DNA of 64,000 nt from Isurus oxyrinchus (Eukaryota): assembly GCA_026770705.1 (NCBI GenBank), contig JANJGN010000131.1:310001-374000 (forward strand), written 5' to 3'. The position numbers and the translations under genes are program-made. This document shows positions 38,480-50,684 of this stretch, one piece after another. A model generated the notes under the pieces. It did no database searches. It had not been told where the DNA came from and saw only the letters and a list, made by a program, of their open reading frames with translations. The first letter of the stretch is position 1. Every line of letters starts with the position of its first letter.

Positions 38480-39137
38480 ACAAAAATATGGAAAAATACA
38501 TACCACTATCATTTATAGTTTCACGCCAATTAGAAAATATGCTGATCTGTAATGGTTAAGCTCAAATCGCCACAAAACAACACCCTCCCACAAATTATAT
38601 TCCTTCTCCCACAGTTTGCTCTTTCAGTTATCCAACAACAATCCTTCGCAATGTCCTCTTCTTAACCAAAATATTTACTGTATCACATGGCTTGTTTTTG
38701 GCAGCACTTTGGATACAAAACTTACTGTTGCTTCATTTTGAGCCTTCTAAATACGGTGAAAAGCTGAGACCCAAATACAAATCGTGCGAATCAGCTGTCA
38801 CCCCCTGTCAACTGAACTGTATTCACATTACCGATCAACAAATTAAATGAGTTTTGTACATACCACAGCCATCGCGAATTAAATTTATGTCGATATCAAT
38901 TTAAATTAACATCTAGGCATGTAAAATAAATGACCTGTTTAACTAAGAAATTCTGGTTTTAATGACATTATTGAAGTAACAATTAAACTACATTGTGCAG
39001 CATTTGTATCATTACCAAAACGTCCGTCAACACAAGACACAGAAATCGCGGACACACATAGAACAATCTTGAATGTTTTGCTGTTGGAGGACAGCCAAAC
39101 ATCCGGAGAAGCTAGACAGTAAACATCTGACCCTCAT
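38480..39137 (-). pseudogene. Decayed leader plus V-set Ig-superfamily exon (paralog at ~40385-41035)
   Basis: Leader-like MRVRCLLSSFSGCLAVLQ (ATG 39135-39137); downstream fragments LEGS, GRVLFCGDLSL, TINDSGMYF(S) in copy 1 and MWYSQ, TINDSGKYF in copy 2; many stops and frameshifts; no convincing RSS. Confidence 0.4.
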
Positions 39138-39231
39138 GCTTCACAGTTGAACAAACATTGAAAAGACCTAATTCCGGAAAGAAAATACGTATAATTCAGA
39201 TTCAGAATGTTTCCGTTTCGTATTTTGAGTG

Positions 39232-39383
39232 GCTCAGGAAACTGACTGGAAAATAAACAGCCGTAAACCGGCTTAATACCAGTGTAATGATAATAACTTG
39301 GAGATCTGTCACTGCCATGGACTCTGCGTATCTGGAAAGACCACATCTTCCTCGGGAACGGATGACGATAGTCAACAAGTTAG
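39232..39383 (-). pseudogene. GPR139-like GPCR exon-2 5' fragment (copy E)
   Basis: (CT)n-cttgcag acceptor then NLLTIVIRSRGRCGLSRY..SMAVTDLQVIIITLVLSRFTAVYFPVSFLS; truncated after TM2. Confidence 0.85.
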
Positions 39384-41851
39384 CTGCAAGGGAGAGAGAG
39401 TGAGAGAGAGAGAGAGAGAGTGGAGAGAGAAGGGAAGAATTAGTGCTGAATCTCCCAGCTACAACGTCCGTTTGGCGGGAGAATGGTATGGCACATGGAC
39501 CATCAATACTTCATTCAACGCTGGAACTGACTACTTTGCCAATGTATTAATGCTGGTCCATTTTTTATTTATATTGTCGCAGATAAAGTGGAAGTCGGAA
39601 TATAAAATGACACAAAACACTACTTTCCGACTGATGTAAATTTTATGTAATCTAGAAGTAGAAGGAATTGATCGTCATTAAATTGGCAAAAGGACAACCT
39701 GAGAATGGCATAAAAATACAGATAAAAGCTTAGTACATTTATTCATTTATAAATACAGTAAATGATAACATTATGAAACGTTAAACCACTATAACAATGA
39801 AAGCAATCGAATGACAGGACATAAGATATGGGTAATAACGAATTCCTAATAAATATCAGAAGGAACCAAGGTACGATCAAAAAGAAAATTTGAGTTTTGC
39901 CCCTGTGGAAACAAGTCAAAGCGCATCAAAGGCTTTTTTGCAGTTCAGTGATTGCAGTAGTGGAAGATCAGGTCTCGCAGCAGTAGTGTGGATTTTCAAC
40001 TGATAAAACAGCAAGGCCTTGGCTTAGAGCCTCGTCAGAAGGACGACAGAATAGACAGTGCTGGACAATCTCAGGGGCATGGAGCTCGTCTACAGACACG
40101 AGATCGGAAGTAGGGATCAAACCCAAGGCTTTCCGAATGATCACTGAGGTTTCAAAATTTAGTTGAGCTAAATAAAGTGGCTATGAGCATAATGAATTCC
40201 GGCTTCGAAGGTTACCACACAGCCTTGACAACAAAGTGCACTTCTAAGGTGAATTGAATGCAGCTGTTAACCGCAGCAACGGAGTTAAAAATGGTCTTCA
40301 TAATAGATCATCGACTGAAATGATTGATGTTAAAGCTGCGCATTGCAAATCGAACAGCAATAAACATGTGGTGGGTAAACAATAACATGGAAAATACTTA
40401 CCACTATCATTTATAGTTTCACGCTAATTAGAAAATATGGTGACGTGCAATGGTTAAGCTTAAAGCACCAGAGAAAAATTCTCTTCCACAAATGGTATTC
40501 TTTCTCCCACAGTTTGCTCATTCAGTTATACAACAACAACCCTTCGCAATGTCCTGTTCTTCTCTAAATTATTGACTGTACCACATGGCTTATTTTCGGC
40601 AGCAATTTGGATACAAAACTTATGGTTGCTTCATTTTGATCCTCCTAAATGCGGTGAAACTCTGAGGCCCAAATACAAATCCTGCGAATCAGCTGTCACC
40701 CCCTGTCAATTCAACTGTATTCGCACGATCCATCAACAAATTAGATGAGCTTTGTACACACCGTAGCCATCGTGAGTTAAATTTACATCGATATCAATGT
40801 AAATTAATATCTAACCATTTAAAATAAATGACCCGTTTAATGAAGAAATTGAGGTGTAAATTACAATATTGAAGTAACAATTAAACTATACTATGCAGCA
40901 TCTGTATCATTGCCTATAATCCTGTCAACACAAGAAACAGAACGCCTGGGAACTCATAAATCAGTCTTGAATGTCTTGCCATTGGAGCGCAGCCAAAAAC
41001 CTGTAGAAGCTACATAGTAAACATCTGACCCTCAAAGATTCACAGTTAAGCAAAGGTTGACGGGAAAAAAATGTAGAATACAATGAACAATGCCAGATAG
41101 TACAGGAAGCTACAGAGACAAGACGCATGCCCCTGTAAAAACCATTACCCAGACACAAAACTAGAGAGACATAGTTCAGCCATCTTTAGGATACAAAGGG
41201 TTGAGTTATGAGAGAATTCCCTTTAAAAGTTAAGACAACTGTACACTGTACTATTAAGAAATTATATTGAATTTTAAGAATAACTTCTTCAAATCAATAT
41301 TTGTTTGAATATCCAGATTGTTCAATGCAGTGGATTTATAATTTTATGCTATCTTACATAGGATTGCTAGGTTATATTCGATGATATAGTATTGATATAG
41401 ATATGAGTTGTAGCCTCATACTGAAATTCTCACGAACCCACATATAAGTAACAATATCATAGAAATTGTAAGTTTGCTTTCTAAGTGCGGATATTGGTAA
41501 ACGTTTAAAGAGTTTTTTTCTTACTGTTATATACCTGTAGTAATATTCTACCCTGGTATAATTTTTCTGGTTCGAATACTCTGAGGAGTGAAGGTATTTT
41601 ATTTCGGGTCCACGTTTATAGTTCGTAAAGCTGACTATATTATTTTAATGATCTATTTCTTTCTGAGATGAGGTTTTAAGCTAACAATAACATTCAGTGG
41701 GTTGGTTTAACTTTCCGTGTGGTAAAGTGAGTAAAACCATAAACAGGCAGCCATAAAACCTCTTACCAATTTCTTTATAATCTAATTTACATCATCATCC
41801 AAAATCGACTTCATTAATTCTTTGTAAAGATAGGGTATTAATAGTAGATGA

Positions 41852-41889
41852 CGTTTTTGTACAGCGTTCTCGCTCCTTGCTACACTGTG
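41852..41889 (-). other. Recombination signal sequence of V1
   Basis: CACAGTG (41889-41883), 22-bp spacer, ACAAAAACG (41860-41852). Confidence 0.9.
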
Positions 41890-42206
41890 TGTACAGCACA
41901 GAAGTAGGTGGCAGTGTCTGTGAGACTCAAGGCTGAGATGGTCAGGGAGTTGCTTTTCAACAAACTTCGAATGACGGCTCTAAAGTCACTGTTTGCCGAC
42001 ACCATTAACAGCAGCTTTGGGCTCTGGTTCGGAGACTGAACGTACCAATATATCACAGAGAATGGGATGGTTTTGCAGCAGTGTATCAACATCGTTTTCT
42101 GTTCACCCGGATTCTGTAATGGATAAATTTGTATAACATCTTCTTTACATTTAACACACAAAGTGATCACTAGAGCAAAGCCACCAGCTCTAATCTGTCC
42201 CAACAT
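41890..42206 (-). CDS. Intact TCR alpha/delta-like V segment with leader and V in one exon (V1)
   Basis: ATG-initiated MLGQIRAGGFALVITLCVKC leader directly joined to EDVIQ..IHC..IYWYVQSPNQSPKLLL..LTISALSLTDTATYFCAV; conserved Cys/Trp/Cys; canonical RSS follows. Confidence 0.88.
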
Positions 42207-45169
42207 GTATCTCAGAACATAGGAGCAGCTGTTTGACTTTCAACTCTACAGCCCTGCTCCATATTCAATTAGTTATCATTTCGTCTGATGCATAAATTTA
42301 TTTGCTTCCCTTAGCCCAATACCCCATGATGTAATTGTGCTTAGCTAAGGAACATCTTGGAAATATAGCGAAAGAAATACAAAAAATTGTGTTTGTGTGT
42401 GTAGTCATTCATTCTTGTTTAAGTTAATAAAGAGGTAAGATACCCCTTGAGAAAATAGAGCCTAAATGTGGCAGAGGACAAGGGAGTCTGCTGGGACTGT
42501 TGCAGGATGAGCAGCGACAGAGTTTATCTAGGCAATTGGGCACATAAGAAGAAAACTGGGTTTCATTTCTAAAGGGAGGAAAGCTGAAAATCAGAAAAGT
42601 TGCTTTTCTGATACACTGAACTTCGTTAGGTCACACGTGAATCTCTGTCCTAAGTTCTAGTTTCTATTTCGATGCATTTGTTTTTAATCTCATGACCCGA
42701 ATTTTGAGATCATACTGTCCAGATACCATGACAACGATTTGTCTCGTATATCTAGAAATGAATAAAGTGGGTTTTGCCCCTATATTAGTCTTTGGGTTAC
42801 AGAAGTATTCGAGAAAACATATATAAGGAAAACGTCTCTTCTTGTGGGAGATACTAGAAGTCGTAGCATACATATAAGATAGATGAAGAGTTGTACGGGA
42901 ATTCTCTTACTTAGCGTAATCAGATGCACAGACTTGTTGGGCTGAGCACCCTGTTTTTGCGCTGCATATCCTGTCTAACTACTTAACGCTTCGAATGGAG
43001 TCAAGAGCTTCGGATTCACAACCTTCTCCATGGAAGAAATTCAGTTTTCCCTCAAAAATAGCCTACCTCTAATTTTAAGATTATATACGCTCGTCCTTTA
43101 TTCTCCTATAAGAAGATTTTTTTTTCTGTATCTACCCTGTCAAACAGTTAAACAGTAAACCACCTCTAACGGGTCTCCTTTCAAGACTCGATGGTCAATG
43201 GAATACAACGGACAATTCTGCAACCCTTCCCCATAATATCATATCTCCTGCATCCTGCTGGTGAATCTGTGCTGTATTAACTAGGAAGCAAATTAATGTT
43301 GCCTTTGGTGAGGCGCAGAGAGCTGAATGCATTCATGCAGATACCGTCTGACCAGACAACTGAAGTCTAACTTTTGCTGCTCCATGTCCCAGTTACCTTC
43401 TATAAGGACTCACTTTGTTTTCGCCATTCTGATGGTATTTTCTGTCCCTCTACTCGCTTTCAATGATTGTAAAAGTGGACACTTAAGTCTCTTTAAATTC
43501 CTTCCTTTCTCCACGTTTAGGTTTTGGAGGTTCAGGGTGAAAGCCCTCACACCTGCACACAGTAAACTCAATCTGCCACATTGTATCCATTCATTTATTC
43601 CGTCAACTTCCTCGTACAGCCACATACATAATTTAATTAAATATGCAATCTTGGGTGTATAATTCACTTTCATTTACTCCAGGTCATTAATAATGTTCGT
43701 AATAACTATGCTTACATATTTGGAGGGACAAAATGTAATAAAATTTTGCATATTCTGTCAGTATTGTTTTACACATTTAAATACTCACATGTTATAAAAC
43801 TGACTGGAATGGACACTAATATCAATCTGAAATGTTCTTGCATCGTGTGCATTGAAAGGGCCTAGATTCTGCTCAAAGTATTGTTGCAGAATTAGAGAAA
43901 TGTAAGAGGGACTAAAGGATAGGCTGGACCTGCTTCATTGATTCATACATCCGAAAATCAAACGCACCGACAGCTTCTCCCGCATGTTACTTCGCCATTG
44001 CTGGTCACGAGGGTAAGTTCCATCATTTAGGAAAGGAAGTAATACTCAGTGCAGCGCCGCCCTCAAATACAGCCCCGAGGTTATTGCTGGCGGGTTCAGC
44101 AGCCGCGGTTTTATACATTAGCGTGACAGAAATTCGACCCGTATCACAATAAGAGACTCGTGTTTCCCTTAAAATTAATAATATATATTATTTCAATGAT
44201 AATTTTCTCATTGATCTGCTGACACTGCAGGAACAATTGATCAGGACTGTCTGATTTCTAAGCGTTCGGCTTTTTAAAAAAAATGTCTTTATTTGAAATA
44301 TCACCGAGTGGATATAGGATATTTTCGTACATTTTGGAAAACGCGTGTGAAATTTTGAATGTTGATCTGCTTTATATTAAATGAAGTTTCCAGAAGATAT
44401 CTTATAGTATTGTTCACCATCTCTGGGGTATTAAAAACAAATTGTGTTTGAGACACTTTTTACAGCACTCAGTGTGACAATAGCAAGAAGTGCCTGCCAT
44501 GCTTAAGCTATTACGAGTGACGATCCACAGATGAGTCAACATTAGTACATTCTTCCTAACGCTGATTAACAAGCAGTGAATTGTTGGTCCGGGGAACAAA
44601 GCAGACATCAGGCCCCATTTAAAGTCAACTATTATTTGCTTCCATTTTTAAAACTGCAAACACTTACATTTTGTTTGTTATTATTATTGGTTAGAATGCA
44701 AACCAGTTAGGACTTTTAAAGCAACTTTTTTTGGTTTAGCTTTTCAACCGGGCCGTATCTCTGCAGTGATGAGTGTTCGCAAGCACAAATCCAAAGAGCT
44801 GCACGGACAATCATGGTCCGGAGGTGTATTTAAATAGTTTTATATTTTAATTACGGGAATAAGTCATAGAAATGTTCACGCATTAATGACAGAAAAATGT
44901 CTCATATTTAACATTAAATTAGCTCGCCTTCGGCCCTGAGCATGGAGACGGAGTCTTGTTGCATGTAATTTATGTGCCATTTGGGAAGCCCAGGACGATT
45001 TGTTTGTCCTCTTTCTCAACACAAGCAGGTGTACCTCCAGTTGCTCGTTGTCCAGCTCAGGCTCTTTGAGCGTGAAGAAACGCTCAGGCCACATGGAAGG
45101 CTGAGAATCTTCGAGACCGCACATTAGGATAATTTCAATTGGTTTTCGGGCCATAATATCTAGCTTTGC

Positions 45170-45760
45170 AGATTATTGGAAGTTATGCAATCCACTAGTG
45201 ACGTGGGAAATAATTGACGCATTCTGGTGATACAGACAATCACATAACAGGTAACACTTATCTCGGAGAAGTATTAAATTCTCCATTTTGGTAGGTAGAG
45301 TGAGGAAAGGTAATATGGATTAAATACGCGATCTTATCAGGGGGCAAGAGCTCCTGGAGTTATATGAAACCAAAATTTGTAGGTCACAGGACGAACAGAG
45401 ATGGCTACTCAGGATCATAGATTTCCTAATAGAGGAATGATTTTCCTCTAAGCCTTTGTCAAATACTGGGTGCTAGTCCAGACTTAGGGTTTTTGGTGTA
45501 ATTAATATGTTACGTGCTAACTAAGAGATCGGCCACTTAGAACTGAGGTCGCAATAAATGTTCACACTCAGATAATTGTGAATCATTGGAAATCTCGACC
45601 GCAAATGGACTGTATGTTTATTCAAGACTGATATCGAGAAATCAAAGACAATCAAATAAATGTTGCAAGGAATTTCAGTCAATAATTTTAGTCTGGATTC
45701 TAGCGAGTGACAAAGGAGCCTGGAGTGTCAGAATAACCTAATCTTGCTTCTGTATCTTAT
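45170..45760 (+). mobile_element. Highly degenerate CR1 LINE 3' remnant
   Basis: Eroded CR1 tail motifs (ttcacactcagataattgtgaatcattggaa, ttcaagactga..cgaga, cttgcttctgtatcttat). Confidence 0.45.
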
Positions 45761-47284
45761 CTATTTTATCCATATGAATAGGATAGAAAACAATATTAAT
45801 TCTAACATTCTCTGCTTGTTTTCGTCATCTAGAATAGAACAGAGATGGTAATGTGTGGGATCTGTTTCATCCTGATGCCTTTGTGAGACATGTGACAAAT
45901 ATGGCAGACATTTCCTTTTATCGATGTGTTGTAATTTTAGTGAATGGTCTCCCTTTATGTTAAATTTATGTTATCTGACAATTTAATAAGTTCAAGGCCA
46001 TATGTTTGCATTCATAGTCATCACCCATACATAGAAAAATAATATTGATAACAATTTCTCATATAGATTTTCAAAGGACTTTCTGCAGGTTTAAAATGTA
46101 ATACCTATAAAATGTAATACCTATGAAGGCAGATATAGGATAAACAAACTACGTATGAAAACGTATTTCATGATGTTTTAACATAATGCAATTTAAATTT
46201 ATGGGTTTCAACATTATTGCCATTGTTTGTGATGCATCATTAAATTCGATTTTCCACCTGGCTGAAATCCGTCTCCACTTGTTTCTGAGTGTTTTAATGA
46301 ACAGAAGCGCATCATTAACAATGTTAACGGTATGAATTTTAGAATAGCACTGAAATTAGTCATCGGTTTGGCACTGATTTTTTTTTTCTGAGTTCAGGTG
46401 TAGTTTCTACGCTTTGAAAGTTTGAAGTTGCAGAAGAATTTTATTCATCATTTGCATTTAATAGAGTGTTTCGGGCAACACAAGTTTCTGGGGAATTCCT
46501 ATTACAGCTCCCTGGTTGAAGAGGACCGGCTGATGCGTACCTGCCCTAACATCAACCCTTTGACCATTACTTTCTCTCTTATTACATGTTACGTGTTCCA
46601 GACATTACTTCACCAGGTTTAGCTGCGAAAAAAATCAGTTTTAGCAAGGATCACTCGAAAAACTTTGCCCTTGGCTGAACTGCCAATCTAATCATTCAAC
46701 GGACGACAATTACAGCGCCAAACAGGGACTCCCTGCATTTCTTATGTCACCTGCCTCGATGGAGGCATTTTCTGAAGTTATACCGTATGGACCTGAAGGT
46801 TACCACATACCCAAGAGAGATGAAGACAAGCTCATTCATGACTTATCTACAGTAAGCAAAGTGACCTCCCAAGCAAATAAATCTGACCTTGATTGAACTG
46901 ATTTCCCTTCACCGCTTGGAAATGCTTTCAGTTAAACTATGCGTTACTCACTGCAACTCACGTCATCAACAAAGTTTTTTTAAAAAATCACTATAATGTA
47001 AACCCAGTCCTTGCTGAAGTCTTTCTTTGCTATTTCACTAGAGATGCACCAGAGAAATATGACTTTCATGTTTGGATCGATAACTTGGAAACTAAATCGA
47101 ACTCAATCCACTCTATAGGTCGTGTTGATACATTTGGGGCTTTGGTACAGTTTGCAAATATTTATCTGAACCGCTACATTATATTTGTCCTGTGACTCTG
47201 ACAGCACACCGTAGTGTTGTTCTTCTCACTACCAGGCTCCACAGTCGCAATGAGAGCTTACCTCCAAGTCACAAGGGCCCATCA

Positions 47285-47323
47285 AGTTATTGTACAAGTG
47301 TCGGGCTGGTTCTAATTGCTGTG
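47285..47323 (-). other. RSS of V2
   Basis: CACAGCA (47323-47317), 23-bp spacer, ACAATAACT (47293-47285). Confidence 0.8.
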
Positions 47324-47773
47324 AGCGTCAATACGCAGTAATACATAGGCTGCGTCAGAGAGCTGCAGTTTGGAGAATTTTAAGGTAATGATGGTATTCG
47401 TAGTGACCAGTACAGACGAGAAAAGACTTCGAGCAGAATGTGCTCTCATTTGGCAACCAGCCGAAACCCTGCGAAGTAGAATTTGTGATTCTTTGTCCGG
47501 GTGTTGCAGGACCCAGAATAAGCTGAAGGAACCTTTGGTACTGAAATAGATGCAGTCTGAAATTGTAATGCCTCCTTTTGTCCAAACCACTGTCAGCAGG
47601 CGTTGTGTCACAGAGATTTCCTGAGTCAGGCCAGCTTTAAATGGAAAATGCAAAAGCTATCCCATTTATAAAGTGCTGTTACGTTTGGTTCAAAATTACT
47701 ACCAAGAATACTTATCCGTGATAAGTGCTCCAAATACGGCACCGAAAAAGAGTAAGCGCACTGCCGCTTTCAT
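47324..47773 (-). pseudogene. TCR alpha/delta-type V pseudogene (V2): leader 47773-47716, V exon 47634-47324
   Basis: Leader MKAAVRLLFFGAVFGALIT with mutated donor (G|ataagt); V exon ISVTQ..SDC..SLFWVLQHPDKESQILLRR..LKFSKLQLSDAA then a +1 frameshift before MYYCVL. Confidence 0.88.
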
Positions 47774-48924
47774 TAACACAGTAACCTATAGAAACTGGCA
47801 CAAATTGACCTCTGAAAGTAGCCGCATTGAGGGTCGATGTTCCCTTCTTGTGTCCCCAGTGATATGTTGTAATGTTCAATCTTTCGGGTAAAACACGGCT
47901 ACGAGTCTCCAGGCAATGAGAAAGGAAACGTTACAATCACACAAGCTGCAAGCATCAAAAATCCAAACAGGATAACGATTTTATTCAGAGGGAAGGAAGC
48001 AATATATTTTTATAGTATCTAATTTAGGTTATTCGCTCTCGACGTATTTGTGAACTTGTTGCAATCACTAACAGCTGGACATTACGATTGAATTTCACCA
48101 AATGCATTGAAGTTCACCAACGTCTTGTATATAATGTAGCGTGTCACAGAACGTGGCATAAGTCAGTAACTTGCACGGGATATTTTGTAAATATTGAACC
48201 TTTCTTTTTCTGTTTGAGTTCCATTAAAGGCACTAGAATATTAGAGTCCTGCACGAAGTTCACAAAAAATAAACAAGGGACATATAAATAAAAGGTTTCC
48301 CCTGTGGACAATTTTGTTACATTATTAGTTACCAACTGCTCATCTAAACGGTACTTTGTATTTTACTTCCTTCGGTGACATTAACAAGTGCAATAGTTTG
48401 CATAGTGAATGAAATGCTAACTATATCGCTTTTGCTGTAGCAAAGCTTCCATGAGACCTGAAACACACGTGGGCATTTTTAGCCGTTGAGGTTATGTTAA
48501 AACCACTTCGTGAGGTGACGCTTCTCGCCGCTGCTGTAACCTGGGAGCGACAGTTGCGGTACAAGGTGGGACAGAACGAGACAGGTGCACTTCCGGCTCT
48601 AATGGCGGCTCCTTATCTCCAACTGAGTGGTGACAGAAGAAAAAGGCTGAATGCAAAGTAGGGCAATTCTATGAGACAAAATATTCAAAGAAAATGATTA
48701 AACATTTGAAAACGCTGGTGACACTACATGTTCACTCTCCAAGTGCATTTCTGGGGAACTGATTATAGAATTTATTTATTTTTTTAAATAAAGGACATGA
48801 ATTAGGATCGGAACAGACAAGGGGCTGGGGAATGTTTTCATGGAAAACATGAAACTAAGGCTGCTCTTTACATACTTTACGTGTAAAGTTACGCCGTGCA
48901 ACATCACCGCTTAAGAGCAGACAA

Positions 48925-49275
48925 TGGCTTAGTAGCAATGTCACTAGAGTAATTATTCAGACACTCAGGCTCATCTTTGGAGGATGCCTATTCAAATCCC
49001 ACCACAGAAAGCTGGTAAAATTAACTTAACAAAATCTGAATTTATAATTCATTTCAATGATCCTGTCTGTGAATTATCAATGATTGTCACAAAACCCATG
49101 TGGTTCACTGATATCCTTCAGGGAAAGAAATCTATCGCCCTTACCTGGTCTGACCTCTATGTGACTACAGATTGATTGTTAACTGCCCTTTGATGAAATA
49201 CCCTAACAAACCATTCAGCTCAGTGACATTTAGGGATGGACAGCTTATGCAGGTCTTGTCAGCGACGCCAACATC
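48925..49275 (+). mobile_element. HE1-type tRNA-derived SINE
   Basis: ggcttagtagcaatgtcactag head, ttcaaatcccaccac B-box-like motif, ggttcactgat.tccttcagggaa..cttacctggtctg core, LINE-like tail. Confidence 0.75.
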
Positions 49276-50337
49276 CTATGAAAGAACTATAAGAAATTTA
49301 GGAAGCACGTCAGGAAACTTTAGCCCAGCAAACCCCCAAAAAGCAGCAATGTGATCCTGAAGATGTCACCCCTTTTTATTATATTGACTGAGGATAGATG
49401 TTCACCAACAGATCAGGCAGATCTATAGTTTCCTCCCTTCCATCCTACTCACCTTCCTAACTTCATCCTTCCTCTCCCCTTCCTGATTTCGTTCTTCCAT
49501 TCCAGCATTCCTATCTCTATTCCTCCCATCGAAATTCTTCAATATGTAATGTGAAGTTTTCACTGTCACAACTGAATGTTGTAGCCCACAACTGATACAC
49601 CACAACTGTTCTGTTATTGAGCAGATTCTGTGTGACTTTAACACTGTCTATTCCTGCACACACAGGTATACCGCGGAGTACCAAGTTATAGACTTGTGAA
49701 TATCAAATGCAGTTTGCCATTTTATACAATAGATATTGATGTTGAATCTGTAGACCGTGTATTCGGTGTCAAAAGGTGGGATGAGCCACATTTGCAATAA
49801 ACGAAATCAAAAATAAAAGTACATCTAAAAACCTCAGCATTTCTGACAGCAACTGCGGGGAGCAACACAGTTATCGTTTGGAGTCCGCATAACTCTGCAA
49901 CAGAACGTGCCTGCTGTCCGAATAAGCGTATGCAAATGGTTGTAGTTTCTTCATCTTTGCCCCTTCCCAATGTTGACAACACATTCCACCATTAAAGTCA
50001 TGTTCAGACGGAGTCTGCCGTTCTGCCAGCATGAAGTATTAATTCAGGGCACTGGGAGAGCTGCAATGCCCTTCTTGAAATATGCCAATGAATCATTTAT
50101 GTGTAAAGGAGGAAGCAAACGGGGCTACAGTACAATACATTCGAAAGCTCCCACAGTTCTACACCGAAATGCCAGTCTACATTAAAAACGCAATCTCCAG
50201 ACTGGGACTTAAAATAACATTTTCTGATTCTGAGGCCAGAGTGCCACCACTGATCCACAAATCTGTAAAGGAATAACAGCAGTGTGACGGCTGATTGAAG
50301 CAGGGAATTCCGAGAATTCACAACAACTGGAGCTGAT

Positions 50338-50376
50338 AGTTTTTGTACCAGTGGTAAGGGTTTATGTAACGTGGTG
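50338..50376 (-). other. Degenerate RSS of V3
   Basis: Near-consensus nonamer ACAAAAACT (50346-50338); at 23-bp spacing the heptamer reads CACCACG. Confidence 0.65.
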
Positions 50377-50684
50377 CTTCATAGCCGCGCAGTTATACAC
50401 GGATCAGTCAGAGAGCTGGGTGTCTGTGATGTTCAAAGGGATGTTTGTGTTGCTCCTATCCTGTACGGCTGAAAAGCGCTTTGCAAACGCTGGTGCATTC
50501 TCTTCATTCCCAGCCGTGTGTCTGAGCAGCACATACTGAAGGCCTTTTCCCGAGTACTGTACGTACCAGAATAGGTAAGCAGCTGTGTATGTCGCTGGGT
50601 AGATACATGACAACACCACAGTATCACCTTCACTCACTGCTACAATTGAGGGTGTTTGGGAAAGTCTCTCCTGTTGGCCGTATT
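50377..50684 (-). pseudogene. TCR alpha/delta-type V pseudogene (V3) V exon
   Basis: Acceptor ttttccag; LSQTPSIVAVSEGDTVVLSC..YLFWYVQYSGKGLQYVLLR..KRFSA..LNITDTQLSD*SVYNCAAM; in-frame TGA at 50404-50406; leader exon not confidently located (candidates near 51.04-51.17 kb). Confidence 0.9.

Larger units (their letters stand above)
38320..41060. repeat. ~850-bp direct repeat (38320-39165 and 40190-41060)
   Basis: Co-linear similarity, e.g. ccactatcatttatagtttcacg, gcgaatcagctgtcaccccctgtcaa and acatctgaccctca in both copies. Confidence 0.92.

Noticed and set aside
44430-44610. CYC followed by CACACTG on the minus strand, a possible V end with RSS
   Set aside because: No Trp/Cys V framework upstream and a poor nonamer
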